Below, in pieces: positions 35,323-45,929 of a stretch of DNA of 64,000 nt. The position numbers were made by a program, and so were the translations under genes. Every line of letters starts with the position of its first letter. Within the stretch, counting starts at the first letter, position 1. The notes beneath the pieces were generated by a model. The model was not told the DNA's origin. It was given only the letters and a program-made list of their open reading frames with translations, and made no database searches. Where the stretch lies: positions 512,001 through 576,000 of the forward strand of contig CAVZLN010000003.1 in the NCBI GenBank assembly GCA_963776245.1, written 5' to 3'. Source of the stretch: Candidatus Eiseniibacteriota bacterium (GTDB lineage: Bacteria; Eisenbacteria; RBG-16-71-46).

Positions 35323-37361
35323 GCTTCCTGAACCCGCTGTTCCTGTTCGGTCTGCTCGCGGCGGCCATCCCGGTGCTCATCCATTTGTTCACGCGCCGCC
35401 GCCCGCGCGAGGTGAGGTTCCCCTCGCTGGCGTTCCTCACCGAGGTGAACCAGAGCGAGATCCGCCGTCTGCGGATCAAGCAGTGGCTGTTGCTGCTGCT
35501 CCGGACGCTCGCGGTGGCCTGCATCGCCCTCGCGATGGCGCGCCCCGCGCTGCGCGGCGGCGCGAGCGGCCACGGAGGCGCCGCCTCGACCGTGGTGGTG
35601 CTGCTCGACGACAGCGGCAGCATGGGCGCGTTCGGCACCCGCGGCGCCACGCTGCTGGACGAGGCGAAGCGCGTCGCCGAGGACCTGTTCGCCACGCTCG
35701 GCCCCGCCGACGAGCTGCTGCTGGTGCCGTACGACGACGCCCCGCGGCCCGCCACCGCGGCCCCGTCCTCCGATCTGGCGCGGCTGCGCGGCGCGCTCCA
35801 GGCCCTGACCCCCACCGCGCGGCGCACCGATCACGCGCGCGCGCTCGAGCTCGCCGCGCGCACGCTCGGCGCCTCGCACGCGCTCAATCGCGAGCTGTTC
35901 TGGGTCTCCGACTTCCAGCGCGCCGGTTTCGGGGAGCGCGCCGTCATGGCTCCGGCCGGACCCTGGGAACGCGCGCGCGTGTACCTGCTGCCGCTCTCGC
36001 CGCGCACCCGGGCCAACGCGGCGCTGGCCGACGTCGCGCTCGCGCCCGGCGCCGATGGCGCGGCACTCGCGGTGAGCGCGGCGTCGTTCGGCGCGGTCGC
36101 GGGCGATCGCGTGGTGGCGGTGGACGGACCCGCCGGCGAGGGCGAGCTCGGACGCGGCTTCGTCTCGCTGCCCGAACGCGGCGAGGCCTCGGCGCTGCTC
36201 CCGCTGGCGCGGAGTCCGGAACTCGGCGGCGTGGCGCGGCTGGCCGGGGACGTGCTGCCGCTCGACGACAGCCGCTGGTTCGCCGCCGGCCGCGGGGGGA
36301 CCTTGCGCGTCCTGATGCGCGAGGACGCGGGCCCGTCGCCGCTGAGGCTCGCGCTCGAGGCCGGTTCGCCCGCCTCGGGGCTGGAGGTGGAGGCGGTGGA
36401 CGCCGCCGGGCTCGCCGCGCGCGCCGCCGGTGCCGACGTCATCGTGGTGAACGACGTCGAACGTCCCGGCCCGCTCGAGACCCAGGCGCTGCTCGACCAC
36501 TGGCGCGGCGGCGGGGCGCTGCTGCTGGTGCTCGGTGACCGCGCGGACGCGGCGTTCTGGAACGCCACCGTGCTGCGCGAGATGGGCGTGGGCGCGCTCG
36601 GCGCGGTCGAGCACGCGGCGCCCGGCGCGGCGTGGCGCCTGACGCGGGCGACCGCGGGCCACGCGGCGCTGGCGGGATTCGCGACGCGCCCCGGAGAGCC
36701 GCTCTCGACCGCGCGCTTCGAGCGCGTGCGCGCCTTCCGCGCCGCGGCCGGAGCGCGCACGCTGCTCGAATACGACCGCGCCCATCCGGCGCTGATCGAG
36801 GGGCCGCACGCGCTGGTGTTCGCCGGCTCGCTGGCGCCCGAGGCCTCGGACCTGCCGGTGAGCGGCGCGTTCCTGCCGCTGTTCCACCAGGCGGTGCGCG
36901 TGCTCGGTCGCGGGACCGCGGCCGCTTCGCTGCTGCCGGGCGAGCGCTGGAGCGCGCCCGCCACGACCGGCGCGTGGCGCATCGAGGCCGGCGATGGCGC
37001 GGAGCTGCCCTCCACGCTCGCCGCCGGCGGCGGCGCCACGCGGCTCACCTCGGTGCCGCTCGAGCGCCCCGGCCTCTATCGGGTGCTCCAGGACGGCCGC
37101 GTGCGGGCCACGTTCGCGGTCAATCCCGACCTGCGGGAGTCCGATCTCGCCCCGATCCCGGAGGACGCGCTGGCGCGGGCGTTCCCGCCGGGGCGCGCGC
37201 GGGTGCTGCGCCCCGGTGGCGACCTGGCGCGGCGCGTGCGAGAGGCGCGCTTCGGCCGCGAGCTGTGGAGCGCGTTCGTGGTCGCGGCGCTCGCGCTGCT
37301 GGTGCTCGAGACCGTGATCGCCCGCTGGGGCATGCCGGCCGGCGCCGGCCGGCGCGCCTGA
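35319..37361 (+). CDS. BatA N-terminal plus VWA domain membrane protein
   Basis: FLNPLFLFGLLAAAIPVLIHL, FPSLAFL, LLLLLR, MIDAS DDSGSM, SDFQ, AVNPDLRESDL, C-terminal TM. Confidence 0.87.
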   Translation: MSFLNPLFLFGLLAAAIPVLIHLFTRRRPREVRFPSLAFLTEVNQSEIRRLRIKQWLLLLLRTLAVACIALAMARPALRGGASGHGGAASTVVVLLDDSGSMGAFGTRGATLLDEAKRVAEDLFATLGPADELLLVPYDDAPRPATAAPSSDLARLRGALQALTPTARRTDHARALELAARTLGASHALNRELFWVSDFQRAGFGERAVMAPAGPWERARVYLLPLSPRTRANAALADVALAPGADGAALAVSAASFGAVAGDRVVAVDGPAGEGELGRGFVSLPERGEASALLPLARSPELGGVARLAGDVLPLDDSRWFAAGRGGTLRVLMREDAGPSPLRLALEAGSPASGLEVEAVDAAGLAARAAGADVIVVNDVERPGPLETQALLDHWRGGGALLLVLGDRADAAFWNATVLREMGVGALGAVEHAAPGAAWRLTRATAGHAALAGFATRPGEPLSTARFERVRAFRAAAGARTLLEYDRAHPALIEGPHALVFAGSLAPEASDLPVSGAFLPLFHQAVRVLGRGTAAASLLPGERWSAPATTGAWRIEAGDGAELPSTLAAGGGATRLTSVPLERPGLYRVLQDGRVRATFAVNPDLRESDLAPIPEDALARAFPPGRARVLRPGGDLARRVREARFGRELWSAFVVAALALLVLETVIARWGMPAGAGRRA

Positions 37362-37362
37362 C

Positions 37363-38271
37363 GTGCGGGTCCCCCCGCGCCTCGGCGCGCTGTTCGCCAT
37401 CGTGCTGTGGGGGCTCTCGTTCGTCGCCACCAAGGCGGCCCTGCGAGAGATCTCCCCGGTCACCCTCATCTTCTCGCGCTTCGCGCTCGGCAACGCGCTG
37501 CTGCTGTCGCTGGTGGCCGTGCGCCGGCAGTCGCTGGCGCTCGCGCCGGCCGACTGGGCGCGGCTCGCGCTGGCGGGGTTCATCGGCGTGTTCGTGCACC
37601 AGCTGCTCCAGTCCTTCGCCCTCACCATGACCACCGCCGTGCGCACCGGCTGGCTCATCGGCCTCACCCCCATCTGGTCGGCCGTGCTCGCCGCGCTGTT
37701 CCTGCGCGAGCGCTTCGGCGCCGCGAAGGTCGGCGGGCTGGTGCTGGGCTTCGCCGGCGCCCTGCTGGTGGTGACGCGCGGCGCGATCGGGCCCGGCCTG
37801 CTGGCGCTGCCCGCCACCCGCGGCGACCTGCTGATCCTCGCCAGCACGCTCAACTGGGCGATCTACACCGCGCTCGGCCGCGGGGTGATCGCCCGTCTCG
37901 GCAGCCTGCGCGCGACCGCGGGCGCGACCCTGCTCGGCTGGCTGATGCTGGGACCGCTGTTCGTGTGGCAGGGCGGCTGGCGCGAGTACGCGGCGCTGAC
38001 CTCCACCGGAGTGGGCGCGCTGCTGTTCCTCGGGCTCGGCTGCTCGGGGCTGGCCTACCTGATGTGGTACGGCGCGCTCGAGCGGATCGAGACTTCGCGC
38101 GTGGCCGCGTTCCTGTATCTCGAGCCGCTCGTCACCTTCGTCGCCGCGGTCGCGTGGCTGGGCGAGGAGGTCGGGTGGATGACGGTGATCGGCGGGCTGC
38201 TGGTGCTCGGCGGCGTGGCGCTGGTGCAGCGCGCGCCCGTGACCGCGCCCGCGATGGAGGGTGGAGGATGA
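37363..38271 (+). CDS. DMT/EamA family transporter
   Basis: WGLSFVATK, two EamA-like halves, FLYLEPL, LGE. Confidence 0.9.
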   Translation: MRVPPRLGALFAIVLWGLSFVATKAALREISPVTLIFSRFALGNALLLSLVAVRRQSLALAPADWARLALAGFIGVFVHQLLQSFALTMTTAVRTGWLIGLTPIWSAVLAALFLRERFGAAKVGGLVLGFAGALLVVTRGAIGPGLLALPATRGDLLILASTLNWAIYTALGRGVIARLGSLRATAGATLLGWLMLGPLFVWQGGWREYAALTSTGVGALLFLGLGCSGLAYLMWYGALERIETSRVAAFLYLEPLVTFVAAVAWLGEEVGWMTVIGGLLVLGGVALVQRAPVTAPAMEGGG

Positions 38272-38594
38272 CGGAGTCCGCGCCGGATCCGCGCGTCGAG
38301 TCGCTGGCCTCCCTGGTGACGTACCAGGCGGGCGCGGTGGTGAGCCGGCAACTGATGAAGCAGCCGGCCGGCAATGTGACGCTGTTCGCGTTCGCGGAGG
38401 GCGAAGGATTGAGCGAGCACACCGCGCCGTTCGATGCGCTGGTGGTGGTGACCGACGGTGTCGCGTCGGTCACCATCGACGGTGCGCCGTACACGGTGCG
38501 CGCGGGGGAGGCGCTGCGGCTGCCCGCCCATCGACCGCACGCCCTGCAGGCGGTCGAGCGCTTCACCATGCTGCTGGTGATGATCCGCGCCTGA
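38268..38594 (+). CDS. Cupin domain protein
   Basis: VTLFAFAEGEGLSEHTAPFDA..PAHRPHAL. Confidence 0.87.
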   Translation: MTESAPDPRVESLASLVTYQAGAVVSRQLMKQPAGNVTLFAFAEGEGLSEHTAPFDALVVVTDGVASVTIDGAPYTVRAGEALRLPAHRPHALQAVERFTMLLVMIRA

Positions 38595-38675
38595 AGCGTC
38601 CCCGGGGCGCGGCGCGCCGCCGCGCTGCCGCGCGACGGCCGGTGGCGCGCGCCGGCTCCCGCGCTCCCGCACGAA

Positions 38676-38703
38676 GGCCCCGGATCCTCGCGGATCCGGG
38701 GCC
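38676..38703. terminator. Hairpin between convergent genes, likely terminator
   Basis: GGCCCCGGATCC-TCGC-GGATCCGGGGCC, perfect 12-bp stem. Confidence 0.6.
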
Positions 38704-38728
38704 CGGTGCGTCCGTGTGGCGGTCGCGG

Positions 38729-39553
38729 CTACTGGTGCTCGACCTGCATGCCCTTGGGCAGCGCGTCGGGATTCACCACCTTCAGCACGACGCGGCGGTT
38801 CTTGGCCCAGTCCTCGGCGCCCTTCTCGGGGGAGACGGCCAGCTGCGACTCGCCGTAGCCCTTCGCGGTCAGGTCCCCGGGGCTCACCTTGAAGTGGTCG
38901 ACCAGGTACTTGCGCACCGACTCCGCGCGCGCCTGGCTCAGCTTCAGATTGTACGCGGCGGTGCCGCGCGAATCGCTGTGTCCCTGGATCTCGTAGGCCA
39001 CGCCCGACAGCTTCTCGAGCGCCGCGCCCACCTCGTCGAGGCGGGTCTCGGACTCGGGCTTGAGCTGCGCGCTGTTGGTCTCGAAGTAGACGTCACGCAG
39101 CACCAGGTTGCCGGAGAACAGCGCCTGCTCGGTCGGAGTCTGGACCGGGGGCGCCGGCGGAGGCGGCGGCGGCTCGGGCGCCACCGGCGTGGGCGCCGGG
39201 GCCGGCGGAGGCGGCGGCGTGGCGCGCGCCATCTTCTGCTCGGCCGAGCATCCCTGCTTGTCCACCTTCACGCCCTTCGGCGTGTCCGGGCACTGGTCCA
39301 CGCCATCGCACACGCCGTCGCCGTCGGAGTCGACCGAGCAGCCCCACTCGTCGACGACGCAGCCCTTGGGCGTGCTCACGCAGTTGTCGTAACGGTCCAG
39401 GACGTTGTCGCCGTCCACGTCCACGGCTGGCCAGCCGAAGCAGGAGCATGAGGCGTTCGCCTCCTCCTTCGTCATCTTCTTCGTCGAGGCGTGCGCCATG
39501 GCGGCGCATGCGACCACCAGCACGAGGGCGGCGAATAGAGTCAGTCTCTTCAT
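38729..39553 (-). CDS. OmpA-family peptidoglycan-binding protein with thrombospondin type-3-like repeats
   Basis: Signal peptide, DVDGDNV..C and DSDGDGVCD..CP, Pro-rich linker, GHSDSRG..NLKLSQARA..GYGE..NRRV. Confidence 0.9.
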   Translation of the reverse strand: MKRLTLFAALVLVVACAAMAHASTKKMTKEEANASCSCFGWPAVDVDGDNVLDRYDNCVSTPKGCVVDEWGCSVDSDGDGVCDGVDQCPDTPKGVKVDKQGCSAEQKMARATPPPPPAPAPTPVAPEPPPPPPAPPVQTPTEQALFSGNLVLRDVYFETNSAQLKPESETRLDEVGAALEKLSGVAYEIQGHSDSRGTAAYNLKLSQARAESVRKYLVDHFKVSPGDLTAKGYGESQLAVSPEKGAEDWAKNRRVVLKVVNPDALPKGMQVEHQ

Positions 39554-40022
39554 GGGGTCCCTTCTTCGTCGCGGGTTGACCAGGCGCGCGACCACCGGGT
39601 CTGGTCCCTGTCCCGGTCCGGCCCGCGCATAGACGGAGCCATATATAGTAAGAATCCGTCGTTTTGGGTAGTGGGGTTTGCGCGAGCGACCACCCGCTCA
39701 CCCCGGCGGCGAGTCGAGACCCGCCTGTATCCGCAATCACTTAGCCGCTTTTGGGCGCCGATCCCGGGGCCGGCGAGCGGGACGTCCGGCGGCGCCGCGA
39801 AACGCGAGGTCCCCGTCGCGGTGCTCCGTCCGCGCCCGGGAGCCCGCGCGGCGGCCGGGCCGCGACCGCGACCGGCCGCGCGTCGCCGCGGATTGGGGCG
39901 TGGGGGAACGCTCTGCTAATGTCCGTCGGCCTCGCCCGCGACGCGGGGCATCGCATCACCGTCGGGGCCCGGCCCGCGACGGCTTTTCGCGTTTCGCGCC
40001 GCGTCCACGTCCCCACGGAGCC

Positions 40023-43000
40023 ATGTCCGAGGTCTACCTCAAGAACGAGCTGGCCGAGTCCCTCGCCGCACGCGCCGGGCGCATCCCCGAGGCGCGCGCG
40101 CTGCTCGACTTCGTGCGCGGCGACGGCGGGCGCCACGAGGGCGCGGAGTGGCCGGGGCGCGCCGCGGTGCGCGGACTCACGGGCTCCGCGCGCGCCTACC
40201 TGACGGCGTGGCTCCAACGCGAGACCGGGCGCACCGTCCTGCTGCTGACACCGCACGGCGAGCCCTTCGAGGAAGCGCGCGACGACCTGGAGTTCTTCCT
40301 CGGCGCGGGCCACGTGCTGGCGCTTCCCGAGCCCGATCACCGGCCGTACGACCCGATGTCGCCCCACCCGGGCATCACCGCTCAGCGGATCGACACCCTC
40401 GGCCGGCTCGCCGCCGGCGAGCGCGGCGTGGTGCTCGCGACAGTGCGCGGGCTGCTGCAGAAGGTGCCGGCGCCGGCGCGGCTCGCTCGCGCCGTGCTCG
40501 ATCTGAAGGTCGGCGCCGCGGCCGATCCGCACGCGCTGGTCGAGCGCCTGGTGTTCATGGGCTACGAGCGTTTTCCCGAGGTCGAGGCGATGGGCCACCT
40601 CGCGCGCCGCGGAGGGATCCTGGACGTGTGGCCGGTGGGGCAGAACGACCCGCTGCGCCTCGAGTTCGACGGCGACACCATCGCCTCGCTGCGCCGCTTC
40701 GACGCCGGCACCCAGCGCTCGATCGAGACCGCCAGCGAGACGCGCGTGCTGCCCCGTTACGAGATCGTGGTGGAGAAGGACGAGGCCGGAGCCATCGCCG
40801 AGCGCCTGCGCGCGGCGGGCGACGAGCGGGCCGCCGGGGCCGAGCGGGCCGCCGGCGAGTCCCCGGCGAAGAGCGGCGCGAACCTGTTCCACGAGGGCAT
40901 GGAGCGCTTCGCCGGCTACTACGACACCCGGCTGGGCGCGCTGTCCGACTACCTGCCGGACGACGCCCTCGTGCTGCTCGACGACCCGGGCAAGCTGCGC
41001 GAGCGGCGCGACGACCTGGTGGAGGTCATCGAGCGCCAGTTCCGGGAGGCGCGCGCCGAGTACCCGCTGATCTCGCCGCCCGCCGACCTCTACCTGCCGG
41101 GCGCGGCCCTGGACACCCTCGCCGCGACCCGTCCCGGCGCCGACTGGATGGGGCCCATCTCGGTCGCGGGCGACGCGGGCCGCTACGCGCACACCTGGAT
41201 CGTGGACTGCCGTCCGGCCGAGCCGATGCAGCGCTCGATGGAGCGGCTCAAGAGCCACCTCGCCGAACTGGGCGCGAAGGACACCGAGCCGGTGGTGCTG
41301 TGCGACAACCCGGGCCAGCGCGACCGCCTGCGAGAGCTGCTCGGCGACCGCGTCGCGACGCTCGGCGTGGGGCTGGTCTCGGCGGGCTTCACGCTCAAGG
41401 CCGCGGGATTCGCGCTGCTCACCGACCACGAGATCTTCGCGCGCTACCGCCGCCGGCGCCGGCGGCTCAAGCGCACCGGCGGCCTCTCGCTGGCCGAACT
41501 GTCGGCGCTCAAGGTGGGCGACTTCGTGGTGCACGAGGACCACGGCGTCGGCGCCTATCGCGGGATGCGGCGCCTGACGCTCAACGGCCAGGAGACCGAC
41601 TGCGTCGAGATCGCCTACGCCGAGCAGGACCGTCTCTACGTCCCGGTGTCGCAGCTGGCCCTGGTGTCGCGCTATGCCGCGGGCGAGGGCGCGCGCCCGG
41701 CGGTGCACCGGCTCGGTTCGGGCGCGTGGCAGAAGACCAAGGCGAAGGCGAAGAAGGCCATCGCCGACATGGCTGAGAACCTGATCCAGGCCTACGCCGC
41801 GCGCCGCGCGCTCCCCGGTCACGCGTTCAAGCCCGACACCGTGTGGCAGCGCGAACTCGAGGCCTCGTTCCCCTACGAGGAGACGGCCGATCAGTTCAAG
41901 GCCATCGCCGAGGTGAAGCAGGACCTCGAGGACACGCGTCCCATGGACCGGCTCATCTGCGGCGACGTGGGCTACGGCAAGACCGAGGTCGCCGTGCGCG
42001 CGGCGTTCAAGGTGGTGCAGGACGGCCGCCAGGTCGCGGTGCTGGTCCCCACCACCATCCTCGCGCAACAGCACGCGCTCACCTTCCGCGAGCGCTTCGC
42101 CGACTTCCCGGTGCGCGTCGCGGTGCTCTCGCGCTTCCGCACCCCGAAGCAGCTCCGCGAGACGCTCGCGGCGCTCGGGCGCGGCGAAGTGGACGTGATC
42201 ATCGGCACGCACCGGCTGCTCTCGAAGGACGTGCGGTTCGCGAACCTCGGGCTGGTGGTGATCGACGAGGAGCACCGCTTCGGCGTGGCGCAGAAGGAGC
42301 GCCTGCGCCAGATGACCCGGCTGGTGGACGCGCTGGCGCTGACCGCGACGCCCATCCCGCGCACCCTCAACCTGTCGCTGGCCGGCGCGCGCGACATGTC
42401 GGTGATCGAGACCCCGCCGCGCGACCGCCTGCCGGTCCAGACCGAGATCCTCGAGCACGACGACGAGGTCATCACCGAGGCCGTGCTGCGGGAGGTGGAC
42501 CGGGGCGGGCAGGTGTTCTTCGTGCACAACCGGGTCGAGACCATCCACCACGCCGCGCTCGCGCTCCAGAAGCTGGTGCCGATGGTGCGGATCGCGGTGG
42601 CGCACGGGCAGATGCACGAGCGCGAGCTCGAACGGGTGATGCTCGAGTTCCTCGACCGGCGCTTCGACGTGCTGGTGTCCACGATGATCATCGAGTCGGG
42701 GCTCGACATCCCGAGCGTGAACACGCTGATCGTGGACCGCGCCGACACGTTCGGCCTGGCGCAGCTCTACCAGCTCCGCGGGCGCGTCGGGCGCTCGTCC
42801 CACCGCGCCTACGCCTACCTGCTGGTGCCGTCGCGGCGCGTGCTCACCGAGGACGCCGAGAAGCGGCTGCGGGTCATCGAGGAGTTCGACGACCTGGGCG
42901 TCGGCTTCAAGGTGGCGCTCAAGGACATGGAGATCCGCGGTGCCGGGAACATGCTGGGCCCGGAACAGCACGGCTTCATCCTCGGGCTCGGATTCGACCT

Positions 43001-43514
43001 CTACGTGAAGCTGCTCGAGGAGGCGGTGACGGGTCTCAAGGGCGAGACCGCCGAGACGCGGCCCGAGCCCCGCCTGCTCACCGACTGGCCGGCGTACCTG
43101 CCGGAGGACTACGTCGCCGACGACCACGAGAAGCTCGACCTCTATCGCCGGCTGGCCGACACCCGCGCGCTGCCCGGGCTCGAGGACCTGGTGCGCGAGC
43201 TGCTCGACCGCTTCGGGCAGCTGCCGCCGCCCGCGGTCGCCCTGCTCGAGCTGCGCCGCCTCCGCGTGATGGGCGCCGGCGCCGGCGTGGAGAGCCTGCG
43301 GGTGTTCCACGAGGTCGCCGAGATGCTGCTGCGCCGCCCGCTGCGCCCGAACGAGATCCAGGCGCTGGTGGCGGGCGTGGACTTCCAGGTGGAGTTCTTC
43401 AGCGGCCGCGAGTTCGGACTGCGCGTGCGCGGACAGGGGCTGGCCCTGCTGCATCGCGCCCGGACGCTGTTGCAGGCGCTGGAGAGCTGCACTAACGTCT
43501 CCCCCGGACCCTGA
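40023..43514 (+). CDS. mfd: Transcription-repair coupling factor
   Basis: RRGGILD, VVHEDHGVG, MDRLICGDVGYGKTEVA, DEEH, TATPIPRT, QLRGRVGR, TRG motif. Confidence 0.97.
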   Translation: MSEVYLKNELAESLAARAGRIPEARALLDFVRGDGGRHEGAEWPGRAAVRGLTGSARAYLTAWLQRETGRTVLLLTPHGEPFEEARDDLEFFLGAGHVLALPEPDHRPYDPMSPHPGITAQRIDTLGRLAAGERGVVLATVRGLLQKVPAPARLARAVLDLKVGAAADPHALVERLVFMGYERFPEVEAMGHLARRGGILDVWPVGQNDPLRLEFDGDTIASLRRFDAGTQRSIETASETRVLPRYEIVVEKDEAGAIAERLRAAGDERAAGAERAAGESPAKSGANLFHEGMERFAGYYDTRLGALSDYLPDDALVLLDDPGKLRERRDDLVEVIERQFREARAEYPLISPPADLYLPGAALDTLAATRPGADWMGPISVAGDAGRYAHTWIVDCRPAEPMQRSMERLKSHLAELGAKDTEPVVLCDNPGQRDRLRELLGDRVATLGVGLVSAGFTLKAAGFALLTDHEIFARYRRRRRRLKRTGGLSLAELSALKVGDFVVHEDHGVGAYRGMRRLTLNGQETDCVEIAYAEQDRLYVPVSQLALVSRYAAGEGARPAVHRLGSGAWQKTKAKAKKAIADMAENLIQAYAARRALPGHAFKPDTVWQRELEASFPYEETADQFKAIAEVKQDLEDTRPMDRLICGDVGYGKTEVAVRAAFKVVQDGRQVAVLVPTTILAQQHALTFRERFADFPVRVAVLSRFRTPKQLRETLAALGRGEVDVIIGTHRLLSKDVRFANLGLVVIDEEHRFGVAQKERLRQMTRLVDALALTATPIPRTLNLSLAGARDMSVIETPPRDRLPVQTEILEHDDEVITEAVLREVDRGGQVFFVHNRVETIHHAALALQKLVPMVRIAVAHGQMHERELERVMLEFLDRRFDVLVSTMIIESGLDIPSVNTLIVDRADTFGLAQLYQLRGRVGRSSHRAYAYLLVPSRRVLTEDAEKRLRVIEEFDDLGVGFKVALKDMEIRGAGNMLGPEQHGFILGLGFDLYVKLLEEAVTGLKGETAETRPEPRLLTDWPAYLPEDYVADDHEKLDLYRRLADTRALPGLEDLVRELLDRFGQLPPPAVALLELRRLRVMGAGAGVESLRVFHEVAEMLLRRPLRPNEIQALVAGVDFQVEFFSGREFGLRVRGQGLALLHRARTLLQALESCTNVSPGP

Positions 43515-43532
43515 ACCCGAAGGACCGCACCC

Positions 43533-45019
43533 ATGAATCGACCGAGTCGTCCGGGACGCCGCGCGCGCCCCTTCCGCGCGGCCGCCGCCGCGCTTCTCGC
43601 CCTCGCCGCCGCGCTCGCGGCCGGCTGTTCGAAGGTGCCCGAGCGCGACGTGCTCGCGCGCGTCGGCGACCGCGTGGTGACCGCGGACGACTTCCGCGCG
43701 GTCGCCAAGGACAACGTCGCGCAGTATCCGTTCGCACCCGACAGCGCCAAGCGCGCGCTGCTCGACGACATGGTGCGCCGCGAGCTGCTGGTGGTCGAGG
43801 GCCTGCGACTCGGCTACGACAAGGACAGCGCGCTCGTGAAGGGCCGCAAGGCGGCCGACGACGAGATCCTGTCGCGCGCCCTGTTCGAGAAGATCACGTC
43901 CGGCGAGGCGGCGGTCAGCGACAGCGAGGTGGCGCTGCTCCACCGCTGGCGCGCGACCCAGGCGCACGTGCAGCTGCTCTACACGCCGGCGCGCTCCGCC
44001 GCGGACAAGGCGTTCGCCGACATCCGGGGGGCCGGCCGTTCGGCGAGGTCTCGTCCGAGGTCAGCCTGCCCGGCATGCTGCCGCCCGGCGGAGACGTGGG
44101 CTGGGTGACCGCGGGCCAGCTGGTGGATCCCCTCGACGCGCTGGCGCGGGAGGCCCCGATCGGCGTGCCGCAGGGCCCGCTCGCCGCCCCCACCGACGGC
44201 TGGTTCCTCCTGCTGGTCACCGAGCGCAAGACCGTGCCGACCGGCAAGCTCGAGGACGAGAAGCCCTACCTCACCGAGATGCTGCGCCAGCGCAAGCAGC
44301 GCACCATCGTGATGAAGGCCTTCCAGCAGCTGCGCGAGCAGTACAAGATCCAGGTCGAGCCGCGCGGCGCGCAGGCGCTGTTCCAGATCGGCAATGCGCC
44401 CACCGCGGAGCCGCCGCAACTCGACGAGCACGAAGTCATCGCCACCTACGACGGCGGACCCGCCGCGAAGGGCGTGTACACGCTCGGCGACGCGATGCAC
44501 GATCTCGCCGACCCGCGCCGCGAGCGCCCGCCGTTCCAGTCCACGGCCGCGCTCCAGGCGTGGCTCGAGGGCCAGGTGATCCAGCGCGTCGGGGTGATCG
44601 AGGCCCGTCGCCGCCGCCTCGACCAGGACCCCGACCTGGTGCGTCGCATGCGCGGGCGGATGGAGAACGAGGTGGTCCAGCGGGTCTACGAGGAGCGGGT
44701 CGCGAAGGGGATCGATGTCAGCGACGCCGAGGTCCTGGCGCACTACGCGACGCGCGCGGCGATGTCGGCGCCGCCCGGCCCGGGCGCGGCGGCCCCCGCG
44801 CCACCCGACTTCGCCAAGCTGCCGGCGCCGTTGCAGCAGAACCTCCGGATGGAGGCGCTGGCGAGCAAGCGCGAGCTGCGGCTGCGCGCGGTGGCGGCGG
44901 AGATCCAGCGCACGCTGAAGCGCTTCGAGGTGCATCCCGAACGGCTGCAGCGCCTGGACTGGCCGCAGCCCGCGGCGCCGCCCGGCATGCCGGGCGGGAT
45001 GCCGGCGGGGCATCCCTGA
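43533..45019 (+). CDS. PpiC/parvulin-type foldase lipoprotein, frameshift near 44030
   Basis: Lipobox LAAGC, VLARVGDRVVT, GGDVGW; follows mfd; shift next to a G homopolymer. Confidence 0.75.
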
Positions 45020-45044
45020 GTCCGTCCGCGCGCGGATGAAGCCG

Positions 45045-45083
45045 GAGGCCCGGACCCCTCAGGAGCGGTCCGGGCCTCTTCGT
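45045..45083 (+). terminator. Rho-independent terminator
   Basis: GAGGCCCGGACC/GGTCCGGGCCTC stem followed by TTCGT; a second hairpin follows at ~45092-45144. Confidence 0.6.
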
Positions 45084-45152
45084 ATGGGGGCGTGCGGCGC
45101 GGCGGGGCAACGTCCCTGAGCCCCGCGGGGGAACCGCGCCGCACCCGACGGA

Positions 45153-45929
45153 TCAGCGCAGCCGGCGTCGCACCTCGGCGGCGCGCCGCTCGCTGGCCTC
45201 CACGCGCGTCCCGTCCTTCAGACGGAGCACCAGCACGCCCTCCTCGCCGCCATACGACTCGATCGCGCTCACGTTCACCAGCGCGCCCCGGTGGACGCGC
45301 AGGAAGTGCCCCGGAGGCAGCCGCGTCTCCAGCTCCTGCAGGGTGTAGTCGACCAGGTACTCGTGGCCCTCGCAGCGCGCCAGCACCAGCCGGTCGCGCG
45401 AGAAGATGATCGGCACCTCGGTGAGGTCGAGCAGGCGCACCTCGCGGCGATGGCGCACCGGCAGGCGCTTGAGCTCGGCCCGCTGCTCGCTGAGCGGGGG
45501 GGTCTCGAGCGCCTGCTGCAGCGCGCGCCCGCGCTCCACGGAGCGACCGGCGCGGTGCTCGTCCACCACGCGCCGCACGGTCTCGGCGAGGCGCTCGCGG
45601 CGGAGCGGCTTGAGCACGTAGTCGAGCGCGGCGACCTCGAACGCCTCGATCGCGTAACGGTCGTAGGCGGTCACGAACACCACGATCGGCGCCTCGGCGC
45701 CGCGCAGATGCCGCGCCACCTCGAGGCCCGAGAGATCGGGCATGTGGATGTCGAGGAACACCACGTCCGGCCGGAGCCTGGCCGCCATCGTCAGCGCCTC
45801 GGCGCCGCCCTTGGCCGCGCCCACCACCTGCAGCTCCTCGTGCTCGCCGAGCAGCCGCTCGAGGAACTGCCGCGCGCGTGGTTCGTCGTCCGCCAGCAAT
45901 GCGCGCACCCGCGCCTTCCGCTCGCTCAC
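45153..45929 (-). CDS. LytTR-family response regulator
   Basis: LADDEP, FLDIHMP, FVTAYD.YA..AFE..ALDYVLKP, FLRVHRGALVN. Confidence 0.92.
   Translation of the reverse strand: MSERKARVRALLADDEPRARQFLERLLGEHEELQVVGAAKGGAEALTMAARLRPDVVFLDIHMPDLSGLEVARHLRGAEAPIVVFVTAYDRYAIEAFEVAALDYVLKPLRRERLAETVRRVVDEHRAGRSVERGRALQQALETPPLSEQRAELKRLPVRHRREVRLLDLTEVPIIFSRDRLVLARCEGHEYLVDYTLQELETRLPPGHFLRVHRGALVNVSAIESYGGEEGVLVLRLKDGTRVEASERRAAEVRRRLR

Noticed and set aside
39741..43967. Very long antisense and alternative-frame ORFs (e.g. 39741-43967 minus, 19619-22390 plus, 27022-29769 minus, 35178-37853 minus)
   Set aside because: Shadow ORFs of real genes caused by stop-codon scarcity at very high GC; Arg/Ala/Gly-rich with no motifs
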